A stretch of 64,000 bases of DNA, taken from Piedraia hortae CBS 480.64. Taxonomy: Eukaryota. A model generated the notes under the pieces. The model did not search any database and was not told the DNA's origin. It was given only the letters and a program-made list of their open reading frames with translations. Below are positions 21,926 to 34,341 of the stretch, one piece after another. The stretch is from NCBI GenBank assembly GCA_010093745.1, contig MU005983.1, forward strand, positions 124,001-188,000. Direction: 5' to 3'. Both the position numbers and the translations under genes were made by a program. Every line of letters starts with the position of its first letter. The first letter of the stretch is position 1.

Positions 21926-23179
21926 ATGTCGACTTTTACGTTCAGACCGTGGGCGCGCCAAGCAGATAATAGTCAGTCGCTAAAAGATGTCTTGGCCCAA
22001 GCCGGCGTGGAGAGGGGGCCTTTTCGCCTCATCACGGAGGCATCCTTGAGGGCGGAAATTGAAGAGGGCGACAGTCCCATTAGCTCCAGCGCGAGCGAAG
22101 ATACCGAGCAGGACGATGGAGAGAGCGATGGAAAGCCTGCGACCGTGGCGGAGCTCATACAGGCCCGAACCGAGCTGCTGGATCATGTCCAAGTGGCGCA
22201 CAACGATGCGCTGATGGCGCTAGACTTCATTTCATGGTTATCATCAAGGAATATCGTAGGGGCAGAACATTCCATGTCTCCGGCATTGAAAGACCAGGTC
22301 CCTGTAAAGACCCTGGGCTTTGATTTGTGGGAGCGAATGCCTGTTGATAAAGCTCGCGAGGCCCAGGACAATAATATCGCCGAAAACACACGCGTGGAGG
22401 GTCTCCAGAACGTGGCTGATGGTCTTTTAGCTGCTGCACAACGTCTGCAGCAAAATGTGCGTGAAGAGACCAGCTACTGGCAACAGGTGCTTCCTGTTTC
22501 CGAGAAGGGATGGAACGTCTGCCGGTTACCGGGCACAAGACATCAGTTGGGAGTTACTTTTGGATTTTCAGAGAGCCTGCTCGCCTTTTCTCGAAAAGGG
22601 TTTGCCGCTTTTGTTGTAGGCAAAGACGGTAATGTCACTCTCGCCAAGGGAGTGGGCAGTAAACCCAAAGCATTGCGAGTTTCCATTGTGAAAAATCAAG
22701 AAACCGTTGCTACATCAAGGATGCCTTCCAAGGTAGATGACGAGACGACTTTGGAAGACCGCATTCGACACGCGCGGGACAGTCTTTTTGACGAGGAACT
22801 GTACCACGAACTAATGCGCGAAGGTCAGACTGTATACTCATTGGGAGTCAGAGTACTCTCTCGTCGTATAATCCTGCCTGCCGACCCGGACACGAAAACC
22901 GAAGTCAAATTTGAACTTTTGCCGGTGGACGAAGCTTTTGATGAGACGACAAGCATAGAAGACGCGGCAATGGCTCAGGGAATTGCAACGTGCGCCCGTC
23001 TGCTTTTAAGCCAGGCACATCGCAAGCGCCTGTACAAACGCTCCCAACCCGCAAAACCCAAGTCGGCAGAGAAAGCAGAAACTTTGACTCTGATCATCAT
23101 TCAGTCCTTGCTTGCTCTGGTCAAGCAAATCAATTGGTTCGGCCAATCCTCTAAAGAACAAATCCACATGACTGAATGA
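21926..23179 (+). CDS. MED17: Mediator subunit Med17 (Srb4)
   Basis: ERGPFRLITEASLRAEI, ALDFISWL, ETSYW, LGVTFGFSES, RHARDSLFDEELYHELMRE and LLLSQAHR. Confidence 0.9.
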   Translation: MSTFTFRPWARQADNSQSLKDVLAQAGVERGPFRLITEASLRAEIEEGDSPISSSASEDTEQDDGESDGKPATVAELIQARTELLDHVQVAHNDALMALDFISWLSSRNIVGAEHSMSPALKDQVPVKTLGFDLWERMPVDKAREAQDNNIAENTRVEGLQNVADGLLAAAQRLQQNVREETSYWQQVLPVSEKGWNVCRLPGTRHQLGVTFGFSESLLAFSRKGFAAFVVGKDGNVTLAKGVGSKPKALRVSIVKNQETVATSRMPSKVDDETTLEDRIRHARDSLFDEELYHELMREGQTVYSLGVRVLSRRIILPADPDTKTEVKFELLPVDEAFDETTSIEDAAMAQGIATCARLLLSQAHRKRLYKRSQPAKPKSAEKAETLTLIIIQSLLALVKQINWFGQSSKEQIHMTE

Positions 23180-23842
23180 TAGTACCTATTATTACTCTCA
23201 ACATTTAAATTACAGACTTTAGACCGACGGTGCTCGTTCATTGGCGCACTTTCCTTACTTTTTTGGACATTCGCGATTCTGTGTCGCAAGATGTCATGGG
23301 CTACATATGGTCCTGACAGTGATGTGCTACAAATAATGCAAACACGAGGGCTCCGAGCTGCAGGCTCCAAGTGACGAGCATGAAATCGTCTTTTGGCATG
23401 GTGGGCTGGCTCCTCTAATCCTATTGTTATGCTTTGATATTACCTCTAGCATGAGCTATGTACATGCAGTCTCATGCTGATCCAGTGATAGCGCTCGGAA
23501 TCGGGGCTGTGGCCCGCAAAGCGGCTATAAGAGCCAGCTCGATTCTCTTTCATGTGGGCTGGTTCAATCTACGAAGCTCAAATCTCGACCAGCGAATTGG
23601 CCATCAGAGCGCAAGTTCCGTTCAAAGATACTTACATTTCTAGGGAGACTCAAACCCACAGTTCGATTGTCAAAATGAATATCATGTCATTTGAAACCAA
23701 AGCTCGACGGTTCACCATCCGGTGAAGAACGACTATCTGGAAACCGCAGGTCATCCTTGTACAAAGCCTACTTCATTTTCCGCATCTTCAGAGATAGCCG
23801 AGCTTGGCCAAAATCTGGTTTTCAGATACTCGAGACCAGTGT

Positions 23843-23944
23843 CAGGGTACGTGTTGGAACTATGTTGTCGCGCGAGGAGATGGCTCCGGGGCGCTCTACC
23901 TCTACTACAGAGAGCACGGACCATGTCGGCATTAGCCGTGACAA
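23843..23944 (+). repeat. Dispersed ~100-bp repeat, copy B (probable Helitron-derived)
   Basis: Direct match to 15072-15172. Confidence 0.9.
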
Positions 23945-24109
23945 CCAACATGGGAGGTTCTTTAAACCATTGTAAATAATTAGTGCAGGGAGGTAAGAGG
24001 CAAACTACTCAACCATAAGCGTCTGCTTGTTACTCTTGCGTGGTCTGCATAGTCCGACGTAGCTGTCTATGAAAGTGACGTTGTCCGAATCGAGTTTTTT
24101 CTCCGAACC

Positions 24110-25900
24110 GTAGATAAACCCTCCCGACAAGAAACTCACCTATGTGCCCGCAGAGTCACACGGACTTTCACCAGACCTCCAAATGGACAACAGGAAGCAG
24201 GGAAACACCGAGCTAGCCATCCGGACGGTCACAGACTCGGTGTATGCTTGCTGGGATAATCGCGCATGCGCATCGCTGGTAATGCTTGACTTGAAAGGCG
24301 CATTTGACAATGTAAATCACGTGTGGCTCCTTCATACGCTGAGAGGCATGGGCTTCCCTCGCTGGGTCATCCTCTAGCTCCAGAGCTACCTTGGCGAGCG
24401 CATGGCGCGTCTCTTTTTTGACGGTCGCCTCTCAGATGACATTCAGCTGGCAGCCAGGGTACCACAAAGCTCACCTCTGTCTCCAATCCTCTTCATGCTT
24501 CATATTGCAGCACTTTGCAAGACCCTCCAGCCGATTCGAGGCATAATTGTGGTCGGCTTTGCCGACGATACAAACATCCTCAGCTTCGGCAAGGACACCC
24601 GCAGCAACTGCTAGCGCATAGAAGAGGCACTGCGAACATGTGTGGAGTGGGTCACGGTCAGGGGAACGCAGTTCGAGCCTCGATAGATAGGACTACTCCA
24701 TTTCATCAGAACTCGTCGTCCTAAGGAAGAGACAATCACAATCGACGGCAACGTTATCACCCGGTCAAGTTAGCCAGATTCTTGGGGGTCTGGTTGGACA
24801 GGAAATTACAGTTCCGCCTACACCTCGACGCGGTAAAGAAGCTCAAAAGACAAACGTGCGCCTTGACAAAGCTGGCAGCAACGACGTGGGGAGCGACGTT
24901 CGCGCGTGCGAGACAGATATACACAGTAGTGATACGATCGGCAATCGCGTACGGCGCGTCAGCTTGGCACGTTCCCACAAAAACTGGAAGTTCACCTCGA
25001 GGGCATGCCAAGGCGTTAGCCACCAATCAACCCGCGCGTCTGAGGGTCGTAGCCGGGGCGTAACGTGCCGCACCCATCTACCATCTGAAGCCCGAAACAG
25101 ATACCCCCCCTCCACCTCTACCTAAACATCAGGGTCGCGACATTCAGTCGTAAGCTCTAAGAGACAAGGCCAGGGCAGACCGTTCGCGAAACATGCGCGA
25201 GGATCGCAGCCCAGGTGAAGCAGAGACGAAGATGCAGGAGGTCGGCCAAGCGCAAGATCTTCGATAGGCTGGAGACCGCACAAACCGAAGTACTGCGGCA
25301 ATTTGGGGGAGAAGAGGAGGACCTGCCCGAAGCGGCATATATCGAGTGGCAAGCGAGACGTGAACCATTAGGCCGGTCGGCACAACAGCGCAGCCCCCGG
25401 CGTCATAGGAAAGCCGCCAACAATGTGAGCCTCAACGTCGAGGGTAGCAGAGACGGATGGTCTGCACGACAATTGCACCGGGGGCTACCCAAACCACTGA
25501 GTTCCCTCCTAATACAAGCACAAACAGGGGCCATAGGCCTGAGACACTTCCTTTTCCAGCGCCGAGTTCTGGACGTAGACACACCTCTCTGCGCATGCGG
25601 GGAGCATAACGAAACGGTAACATACCTTTTGATCGGATGCCCACTCGTAACTGCAGACAGATCACCCCGTACTCGTCGTTACCGCAATGCGCGGGAGGTG
25701 CATATCGAGCTGGCTAACAAAGATTCCGCTGTGGAAATTGTCCGGTGGCTGGTGTCACTCGGCAAACTGGAGTACAGATTGGCGGTCGAGTTGATGGACA
25801 CCTGGGAACTTCCTACGATGGCAGCTGCGAGAACTCGAGAAGTGGTACGAGAGCCACGCGATCATCGACCGCTCTGAGATGGGCTCGGATCTCGCCGTCC
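24110..25900 (+). mobile_element. 5'-truncated, decayed non-LTR retrotransposon (Tad1-like LINE) ORF2
   Basis: RT motifs LDLKGAFDNVNH, VPQSSPLSPILF, FADD and FLGVWLDRKL, plus a C-terminal Zn-knuckle-like CACGEHNETVTYLLIGCP. Multiple in-frame stops and frameshifts. Confidence 0.92.
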
Positions 25901-26346
25901 CTTTCTTTCTCTCTTTTGGCATTCGGCGGTTGAGGTCTGTTGCATATACGAATGGCTTTGCCATTCCGTTCTCGTCACAGAGATCGAGGTTCATGATTTT
26001 GTAGCAGGACACTGCGCAACGCAGAAGCAGGTAACAAAGTTCCTAGACAGGTAGATGGACCGCCTGCCCCTTTGGGGCGGAGCTCAAAGCTTCTGCGGTG
26101 TAAGATAAAAATGAAATGAATAAACATATGTGCCCCAACGTGTTCAATGAGTCGTGGCATCAAGAAGATTACATGACGCAATCAGGTATCACGTTAGTCG
26201 TCTTAGCAAGATGGACTCCCACTTAGCGATCAACATAAAGGCTCGGGAACACTTTGTTTGCTGGCCTTGCACACATTGTTAGTTTGTCAGTTTGTTGTGT
26301 CTTGCATCTCTATATGCATAATTGGCTGGCCTGAGGAGCACACATC

Positions 26347-26373
26347 GGGGGGGGGGGGGGGGGGGGGGGGGGG
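26347..26373 (+). repeat. Poly-G homopolymer (27 G)
   Basis: Counted directly. Confidence 0.95.
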
Positions 26374-26639
26374 AGTATATACACACTGCTGAGCCATCCC
26401 GTCGCAGTCCCGGATGACAACGAATATATCAGCGGCCAGCCTGTGTCGTATCATAGGACGAAGCGTTCGAGTGGGATCAGCAGGGACCCGGATAGTGACC
26501 CTGGTTCGTGGGCCGGTGTATCAAAAGCTTCACATGCCCAAACCTTCACAGGTACGTCATGTGGGGGAATTTTTGGAGCTTCACAGATAAGCCAGGACCA
26601 CAACACCCACACACATCGCGTTCCTAGCTAAGAGACAAC

Positions 26640-28988
26640 ATGGCACAGATTAAACTAGGACCGCCGGAAATGTCGGCCGGAAAGAAGAGGATTGCAGTAA
26701 TGACGTCGGGTGGCGACTCCCCGGGCATGAGCGGTGCTGTGCGTGCGGTCATCCGCCAGTCCATCGCGTCCGGGTGTGATGCGTTCGCCGTCTACGAAGG
26801 GTACCAGGGACTCGTGGATGGTGGTGACATGATTCGCGAGATGAAGTGGGAGGATGTACGCGGCTGGCTGTCCGAGGGCGGCACGCTGATCGGAACTGCG
26901 CGATGCAAAGCCTTCATGGACCGCGCCGGCCGCCTTACCGCAGCCAACAACATGATCGAGAAGGGCATCGATGCTCTGATTGTCTGCGGCGGTGACGGCT
27001 CACTGACAGGCGCCGACAAGTTCCGCCAGGAGTGGCCAGGGCTGATGGACGAGTTGGTGCAGACGGGTAGGCGCTCTGAGGACCAGGTCAAACACCACCG
27101 CCATCTCAACATCGTGGGGCTCGTTGGCTCTATCGACAACGACCTTAGCGGCACCGACGCGACGATCGGCTGTTACAGCTCTCTGCAGCGCATCTGCCAG
27201 TCAATCGACTACATCGACTCCACGGCCTTCTCCCACCAGCGAGCCTTCGTCATTGAGGTCATGGGTCGACACTGCGGGTGGCTGGCATTGATGGCAGGCG
27301 TCAGCTGCGGCGCCGACTACATCTTCATCCCGGAGAACCCGCCCGGGCAAGACTGGAAAGATAGACTGAGCCATATCGTCAAGAAGCACAGGGAGATGGG
27401 AAAGCGCAAGACGATTGTCATCGTCGCTGAGGGAGCCCACGACCAGGACCTCAATCACATCTCGCCGGAGCACGTCAAGGACCTCCTCAGCCAACAGGTC
27501 GGGCTTGACACCCGCGTTACCACGCTCGGTCACGTCCAGCGCGGCGGCCCTCCATCAGCCTACGACCGCATGCTGGCGACGCTTCAGGGCGTCGAGGCCG
27601 TCAAGGCGGTGCTTGAGGCAACACCGGAAACTCCCTCGCCCGTCATCTGCATCGTCGAAAACAAGATCGTGCGTAAGGCGCTGGTGGACGCCATTGCGAC
27701 GACGAAGGAGGTCGCGGCAAATATCGCCAAGAAGGACTTCCATGCGGCGATGCGTGGCCGTGATGCCGAATTCGAGGAGTTTCTCTACGCCTTCTCCATC
27801 ACCACCGGCGTCGAGAAGTCCCCGCTGCGTCTGGAGCCGGAGAAGCGGCTCCGCGTTGGTCTCATCCACGTCGGAGCGCCGGCTGGAGGCATGAATGCGG
27901 CCACCCGTGCCGCCGTCGCCTACTGTCTGGCCAGGGGCCACACTCCCGTCGCCCTCCACAACGGTTTCCCAGGCCTCTGTCGTCACCATGACGATAAGCC
28001 GCTGGGTTCCGTTCGGGAGGTGCAGTGGCTCGATGCCGAGCGCTGGGCGTCTCGTGGCGGGTCGGAGATTGGCACGAACCGCGGTCTGCCGTCTGAGGAC
28101 ATGGAGACGGTCGCCTTCTGCTTCGAAAAGTATAGGCTTGACGCTCTCTTCGTCATAGGCGGCTTTGAGGCGTTCACGGCTGTCTCTGAGCTCCGCAAGG
28201 CCCGCGACCAGTACGACGCCTTCAAGATCCCCATGGTCGTGCTGCCGGCCACCATCTCCAACAATGTCCCGGGCACAGAGTACAGCGTTGGCTCCGACAC
28301 CTGCTTGAACGCTCTCATCGAGTACTGCGACGCCATCCGCCAGTCCGCCTCTGCCAGCCGTCGCCGCGTCTTTGTGGTCGAGACGCAGGGCGGTGCGTCT
28401 GGCTACATCGCCACCTTGGCCGGGCTCAGCATCGGAGCCGTTGCCGTCTACACCCCGGAGATTGGCATCCACTTGAACATGCTGGTCGAGGATATCAAGT
28501 TCCTGAAGGAGCAGTTTGCTCAGGACCACGGACGTGAGCGGTCTGGCAAGATCATTCTTCGGAATGAGAAAGCCTCCCGGACGTACACCACGGAGATCAT
28601 TACGAATATCATCCGTGAGGAGTCTGGCGGCCGTTTTGACAGCCGCTTTGCCGTGCCGGGGCACGTGCAGCAGGGCGAGAAGCCGTCGCCCATGGACCGC
28701 GTACGTGCGGTCCGCTTCGGTGTCAAGTCCTTGCAGTACATCGAGGGCTTCACCGGCAAGTCCAAAGAGGAAATCGCCAGCGATCCCAGCTCCACGGCCG
28801 TTATTGGCATCCGCGGCGCCAAGGTCACCTTTTCTCGCATGGACCTCACCGAGCGGGATGACACGGACTGGAAGGACCGCCGACCCAAGAACGAGTACTG
28901 GCTGAACCTGTGCGATGTCGTGGACACACTCAGCGGCCGGCCGAGGATGTCCGCGCAGGACCCTCCGGCTGGAAAATCAAAGCGGTAG
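26640..28988 (+). CDS. pfkA: 6-phosphofructokinase (eukaryotic tandem-domain type)
   Basis: 782-aa ORF with [46 protein letters not shown] and [11 protein letters not shown]. Confidence 0.98.
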   Translation: MAQIKLGPPEMSAGKKRIAVMTSGGDSPGMSGAVRAVIRQSIASGCDAFAVYEGYQGLVDGGDMIREMKWEDVRGWLSEGGTLIGTARCKAFMDRAGRLTAANNMIEKGIDALIVCGGDGSLTGADKFRQEWPGLMDELVQTGRRSEDQVKHHRHLNIVGLVGSIDNDLSGTDATIGCYSSLQRICQSIDYIDSTAFSHQRAFVIEVMGRHCGWLALMAGVSCGADYIFIPENPPGQDWKDRLSHIVKKHREMGKRKTIVIVAEGAHDQDLNHISPEHVKDLLSQQVGLDTRVTTLGHVQRGGPPSAYDRMLATLQGVEAVKAVLEATPETPSPVICIVENKIVRKALVDAIATTKEVAANIAKKDFHAAMRGRDAEFEEFLYAFSITTGVEKSPLRLEPEKRLRVGLIHVGAPAGGMNAATRAAVAYCLARGHTPVALHNGFPGLCRHHDDKPLGSVREVQWLDAERWASRGGSEIGTNRGLPSEDMETVAFCFEKYRLDALFVIGGFEAFTAVSELRKARDQYDAFKIPMVVLPATISNNVPGTEYSVGSDTCLNALIEYCDAIRQSASASRRRVFVVETQGGASGYIATLAGLSIGAVAVYTPEIGIHLNMLVEDIKFLKEQFAQDHGRERSGKIILRNEKASRTYTTEIITNIIREESGGRFDSRFAVPGHVQQGEKPSPMDRVRAVRFGVKSLQYIEGFTGKSKEEIASDPSSTAVIGIRGAKVTFSRMDLTERDDTDWKDRRPKNEYWLNLCDVVDTLSGRPRMSAQDPPAGKSKR

Positions 28989-29153
28989 GCCCTGAGGGGA
29001 ACCTGTGTATAAGCGTGGCGTTTCGTTCCCTATGATACCCATACCGTGCCCTAATGAAATCATGACATGATGCCCGCTCCCTTTACCGGAAACCCTCAGC
29101 AAAAACTCGTATCTTACACCCTCTCCCATCTTTACCCTTAATGGTTAGCAACC

Positions 29154-29551
29154 CTACAAGATTCCATCCGGCTCTCCCGGCAATCGTTTAACTCGTTTCT
29201 GCTCCCAATTTTCGAGGTCCTTGGCCGCCAATTTCTACTTTTGTCAGCCCATCCCCTCCCCACCCAATCGCACAAAGAACCTACAAAATACTCCTCCCTA
29301 ACATCAACCTTCCTCCTATCCTTTCCCAGCCCCAACTTCTCCTCCTCACTAACCCTCCTAACACGCTGATCATGTCTTTCGTACCGTATCGCCGTAGCAG
29401 GCGTGAGGAAAAACGAACTCGCCACGATAGTTAGGACAAATGGCAGGCCGAAGAGGAGAAAAGGGTGTCGGTTCAAGGAGTTGCGATATTTGCCTGCTAT
29501 AGAGCTGGTATAGCTGGCCCCGCGGAATGGTCTTGTTGGGAAGGTAGGCAT
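29154..29551 (-). CDS. COX16: Cytochrome c oxidase assembly protein Cox16; intron 29235-29284
   Basis: RHPFLLFGLPF...SFFLTPATAIRYERHD...REEYF|KLAAKDLENWEQKRVKRLPGE. Confidence 0.92.
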
Positions 29552-31544
29552 TTCTTCTTTCGATGAGTACTCTATTCTCTCGTGGGAGAGGTGAGGTGGT
29601 GTTTTAGGGTTAGGATTGCAATACGATTGCTCCAAGGGCTGAGTAGAACGCGGATGATTGGGTACTGTTGTAGCGGACTAGAAGCTAGAGGCCAGGACAA
29701 AACAACGCAAGGAGACGAAGAGAAGGGAGCGGAGGAGGGTCAAGATACCAAGGTCGTCGTGGTTTTTCGCGGGACGGACCGCTCTGTGGGGATGCGGTCC
29801 GAACCTGACGACAAAACAGGAATATAAGGCCGAAAAATATGCGAAGTTAAATTGCCTTCAAAACGATTTGTACAACTTTGGCTACGATTCGTGTATCCCG
29901 CAACGACTGGCGTCTTAGGAACGATGCTCGCTTCCATCGATTCAAACCCCGAGAGAACTTGATCTTGGTAGATCTCTGTGCAGGGGCCGAGCCTTTATGA
30001 TAATGGGTACTCTCTGTTTGGTGTACATCGGGGCTTTGACGGGTTCATCTACCCTATTCCCAAGATGAGAATTTCCCCACAAATCGCTCTGCATCAAGAT
30101 GAACGTGTGTATGCTGTCCTGTGGACTGGGGAGTGCTTCTTTGATGCCAATTGGGGGGCACCAGACCATGTTCCGCCACCTTCAATGGTAGTGCTAAACA
30201 GAGCAGTGCACAACAAATGTTCCTCCCGCTGCAATGACTGGAAAAGGTGAGACTGCCTGGCGTTATGGCCCGGCGGACTGGGACTGCTCCGAGCCAATAA
30301 GGCTTGGCCTTTGCATGCTGGTCGTGCTCTTCGTGTATTTAGTTCCTCTCTTTCCCCCCTTCTGTAGGTGTATCGACATTGTCTTCTGGGAAGTTGACTT
30401 TGCCCCTGGCACATGGCCCCCACTAACACTTGGGCATACCCCGGCAATCTGGAGCCATCGTACATATATGTATGATGGCTCCACGACTTCCATTCCTCTT
30501 AAATACTCCGTGCCATCAAACCCCATGTCAATGGGTGTAAAACATAGCCTGAACGATTACATCTCTCCGAACTCCAGGCTCGAACACTTTCAGGGCGTGT
30601 GGAGAACGATACTGCCTAGTCAGCAGACTCTGCCATTAGGGATTGTGATCACGTAATATGAACATCTAATCATTGTTCAAGACAGCCCAATTGGGACATG
30701 GCTGGCTCATACACATTTGGCAGGATCCGACAAGGATTTTCGGGCTGGATTCCACGTCAGCATGTCATCTCCAATGGTTCTCTGCGGGATTACCAAAAGC
30801 ATCAACCTCCAATCCAGGGGGTATTGCCTGGCCCACTCGACGCTGATGGCGGAGAGGACGCGGCACACGGCATGTAGGCTACATATTCATTACTCGCAAT
30901 AATGCAGATGGGCTGGAGGAAACCGTGATGGAGGCGCCCCTCACGCTCGCATTGGAATTTTTTCAACGGTATACAAGCAAAGATTTAATGTCGCAGAGAA
31001 GATAGATGGCATATTTTCTTCAATTATCACACGACAGCCTGACATTGCGACTTGATTACCGCACTCGTGCTTAAGATAGGGCATGCGCCCTTGCGATTCC
31101 TCTCCCAGAATTTCGACCCTCAGTGCTTGCTTATGAGCATCCGTGATCCTTTTTTGCGCTTCTGAGCGCGCCTTTGTGTTTACACCCGTCCGATCCAGGC
31201 AGTCAACTCTGGTACGCCTCAGTCAGGCGCACGTTTTGACAAATCCAGCTGTGCACCTCCGCGCGTATAGCGAGATAACAACATTCATTCTATTCAAAAA
31301 TAAGGAATGGCGTAGAGAAAGCAGATAGGTAGTTGGATATTCAGTGTTCTATCTGGATTTTTGTTATGAGCTGGTTAAGCCGAACGTCACTTCCCATCTT
31401 AGCTAGACTTGGCCCAACAAATGTTTGTCATCCAACAATTCTCACTCATTTGCCTTCTCAAAAGCACTTGGGTTAACAATACAATCTGCACGCAACCGAG
31501 CAAGGTTAACACCGCCATCCATAACCCAACTTCTTTTGAAGCAC

Positions 31545-32232
31545 CAACGACCATTCTTCTCCTTCGAATGTGAAATACCCAACTATGAAGGTTTCAGGTG
31601 CCATACACCGACCGGTTATTACTCTGCGAATTCCGGGGATTTATTGCATAATGAGCGGTACAAAATCTTACACAAGTTGGGTTATGGGTGGAACGTGATA
31701 GTCTGGGCAACAAAAGATGAACGGTAAGATATTTACACATCATCGTATAGAACCAGGAAGCTTATGGACCTGCAGGGAACACAGAGATGTGGCGATAAAG
31801 ATCCGCGTTGAGGATGCTCCGCCAAGCCTCGAGAGGGGCATCGTGAAAAATTTGACAGGTCAGAGCAAGCATCCCGGCATGGCCTACATACCAGTCGTAC
31901 TGGACGAGTTTGAGCTTGTAGGGTCAACAGGAACTCGCCATTGCATTGGGACGAAAATCTATGGTGTTTCCGTCAAGTTCGCTTTGGTAGAATATGGCCT
32001 TCAACTTACTGCCAGTGCTGCAAAGAGGCTTCAACATCAAGTCCTCCAGGCTGTCGACTGTTTGTACCAGCATGGCATTGTGCATGGTGACTTGTATACC
32101 GGCAATGTCTGCTGGAAAACACCAGGCATCAATAATCTCACAGAGAAGGAATTTTTTGAACTAACGTACATAGAATCATCATACACGGGCAGAAAATTGC
32201 CAAATTCGATCATCTCTAGCATGCAACCTTGA
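31545..32232 (+). pseudogene. Truncated SRPK-like kinase paralog of 19064-20362; intron 31724-31775
   Basis: RYKILHKLGYG..VWA, VAIKI, HPGMAYIP..LDEF and HGDLYTGN are present. The sequence ends before DFG/APE, and no clear ATG is visible. Confidence 0.8.
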
Positions 32233-32911
32233 TCCAAGGAACTGTGAGAGGTGGTGTTTCTGTATGTGGTTTCTGCTTGGAAAGAAGCGTGACGCGAGCA
32301 GATGCTCTTCAGCTTGGCAGTTGATTCCTACACTGCCAAGCTGCCCCACCGCGGAAGGTTAGAAGCTGATCATCCCCTGAAGCTGAACACTCAATGTGTC
32401 AGCTATCACAAGCGCGCACTCAAGCTAGAGAAGAAAGATGCGCAAATGACCTCCGAGACTTTGGCTATCATTTGATAAGATACTTTCATCGTTCCAGGGA
32501 TACCTTGAAAGTGCAGACTGTGTTCAGCTCCCCTTGGCTCGACCCACCATAAGAAGAACCCTAGATGGGAGCATTTAGAGTGTGGCAGAAGGCACAGTTC
32601 GATATTTCAAGCTAGCGATAAGAGGTTGCACGATCATCTGAACCCGAGAGGGCAAACTCGTGCGCTGAAGATGCACTGTGATTTGCGCGGTATTACCTGC
32701 CGCTAGCGGAGCGGGCCGGGCCTTATTTCAGACGTCATCCTTGCGCCAGCAATTTTGGTGTATCATTCAAAGCTGTTGCAGGCAACACAACGCACAAATA
32801 CATACAAGATTGTACATACGGCACAAACTCGGTTTTGGAAGCGGAGCAATACCAAACCCCACATTCGTTCACTCAAGAGGACAGCGTTCACAACGTCAAC
32901 TCACGACCAAC

Positions 32912-34221
32912 ATGACCACTCGCTACAGAGTTGAATGTACACCGTCGCCCCAAGACATACAGCAATCAAGATGCTTACTGTAGCAGATTCTCTGAAGACA
33001 CACCGCCGCGACCAGTTCATCGAATGGATCAAAGGCGCAATGGCCGTTCCCTTCGTTTTGCTCGCTCATCCCGGCATGACGGGAACCAGCGTTGACCGCG
33101 AAGACCACGAAACGACGGGATCGGTGGACCAGTCCCTGACACGCTCCCGCTACGGCCAGATTCTCCGGGACATCGAGAGGCTCATCGCAGAGCACAGGTC
33201 GAGCGCAGGATCGGGAGCGACGTCCCGTCTGCAGGCGCTGGTTCCCTCCATCGGCCAGTTTTTCACCCAGTTGCCGCTGCAGGATGCTTTTGAGTACCAG
33301 GACGCGAAGCGTATCATCTCGGCCCGTCGTTTCGTGGCCCCGAGCTTCAATGACATTCGTTTGATTCTGAACACCGCGCAGATCATGGCCCTGGTGCGCG
33401 AGGCGCGCTTGGAGCTCATCACCTTTGACGGTGATGTGACCCTGTACAATGATGGGGAGGCACTGACGCCGACTAGCGAGTGCATACTAAGAATCATGGC
33501 CCTGATGCGCCGTGGAGTCCGTGTCGGTATCGTTACCGCTGCCGGATATGAGGATGCGGAGTCATATCATGGGCGGCTTTACGGCTTGCTCGAAGCGCTT
33601 GCGGCAGATGAGACTTTTGCGAAGGTCGACAAGGGGAATCTGATCGTCATGGGTGGCGAAGCGAATTACCTCTTCGCGTTCGATGCCGATACTGTCCCTT
33701 CGCGCTTGAAGCGTGTTGAAGATGGGCAGTGGAAGCTTCCTGAAATGGCCGGATGGACTGAAGAGGCCATCGCTGACCTCCTCGATGTGGCTGAGCAGGC
33801 ACTCAAGCGCATAACTTCAATGCTGCGCATGAAGGTCAAAGTCGTCAGGAAGCCGCGTGCGGTGGGCATCATCCCCGCGGATCCCAAGGCGCGTCTACCG
33901 CGAGAACAACTGGAGGAGACGGTGCTGTTTGTGCAGAGGACACTGGAACACAGCGCCCAGGGGCGCAAGATTCCCTTTTGCGCCTTCAATGGCGGTAACG
34001 ATGTCTTCGTCGACATCGGCGATAAGTCATGGGGAGTCAGAGCCTGCCAAAGCTTCTTTGGGGGCATCCACCCTGGTAGGTCCCTCCATGTCGGGGACCA
34101 GTTCCTCTCGGCCGGTTCCAACGACTTCAAGGCAAGGCTGGCGTCTACTACGGCGTGGATCGCGAACCCCGAGGAGACGTGCCAGTTGCTAGATGAGGCC
34201 GTGGAGTTCATGGATTCGTAA
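32912..34221 (+). CDS. ISN1: IMP-specific 5'-nucleotidase; intron 32937-32986 (TAGCAG acceptor)
   Basis: MTTRYRVEY-SLKTHRRDQFIEWIKG, RRFVAPSFNDIR, TFDGDVTLY, CAFNGGNDVFVDIGDK and HVGDQF. Confidence 0.95.
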
Positions 34222-34341
34222 ACGAGCTGTGCATGGCGTTGCGGCGTTTTAGCGTGGAGCGTTTTCTAGATTCGACGGTCAGCAGAGCCATCTCTTTTGC
34301 TTTCAACGCCTCTTTAGATTGTTTCTCCAGTTTGTTAACAT

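Noticed and set aside
27555..28664. 369-aa antisense ORF and other long shadow ORFs (4106..5011, 7055..7756, 52051..52791)
   Set aside because: They overlap recognised or more plausible genes on the opposite strand and are explained by codon bias.
26640..28988. PFK as a LINE-generated retrocopy (intronless, next to LINE fragment)
   Set aside because: Many genes here are intronless, and no poly(A) tail or TSD is visible.
29950..29980. TPP riboswitch (GAACTTGATCT)
   Set aside because: No following GATAAT-CCAGCG/AAAG block and no appropriately placed CTGAGA.
30993..31012. U6 snRNA-like CAGAGAAGAT
   Set aside because: Flanking U6 sequence is absent.
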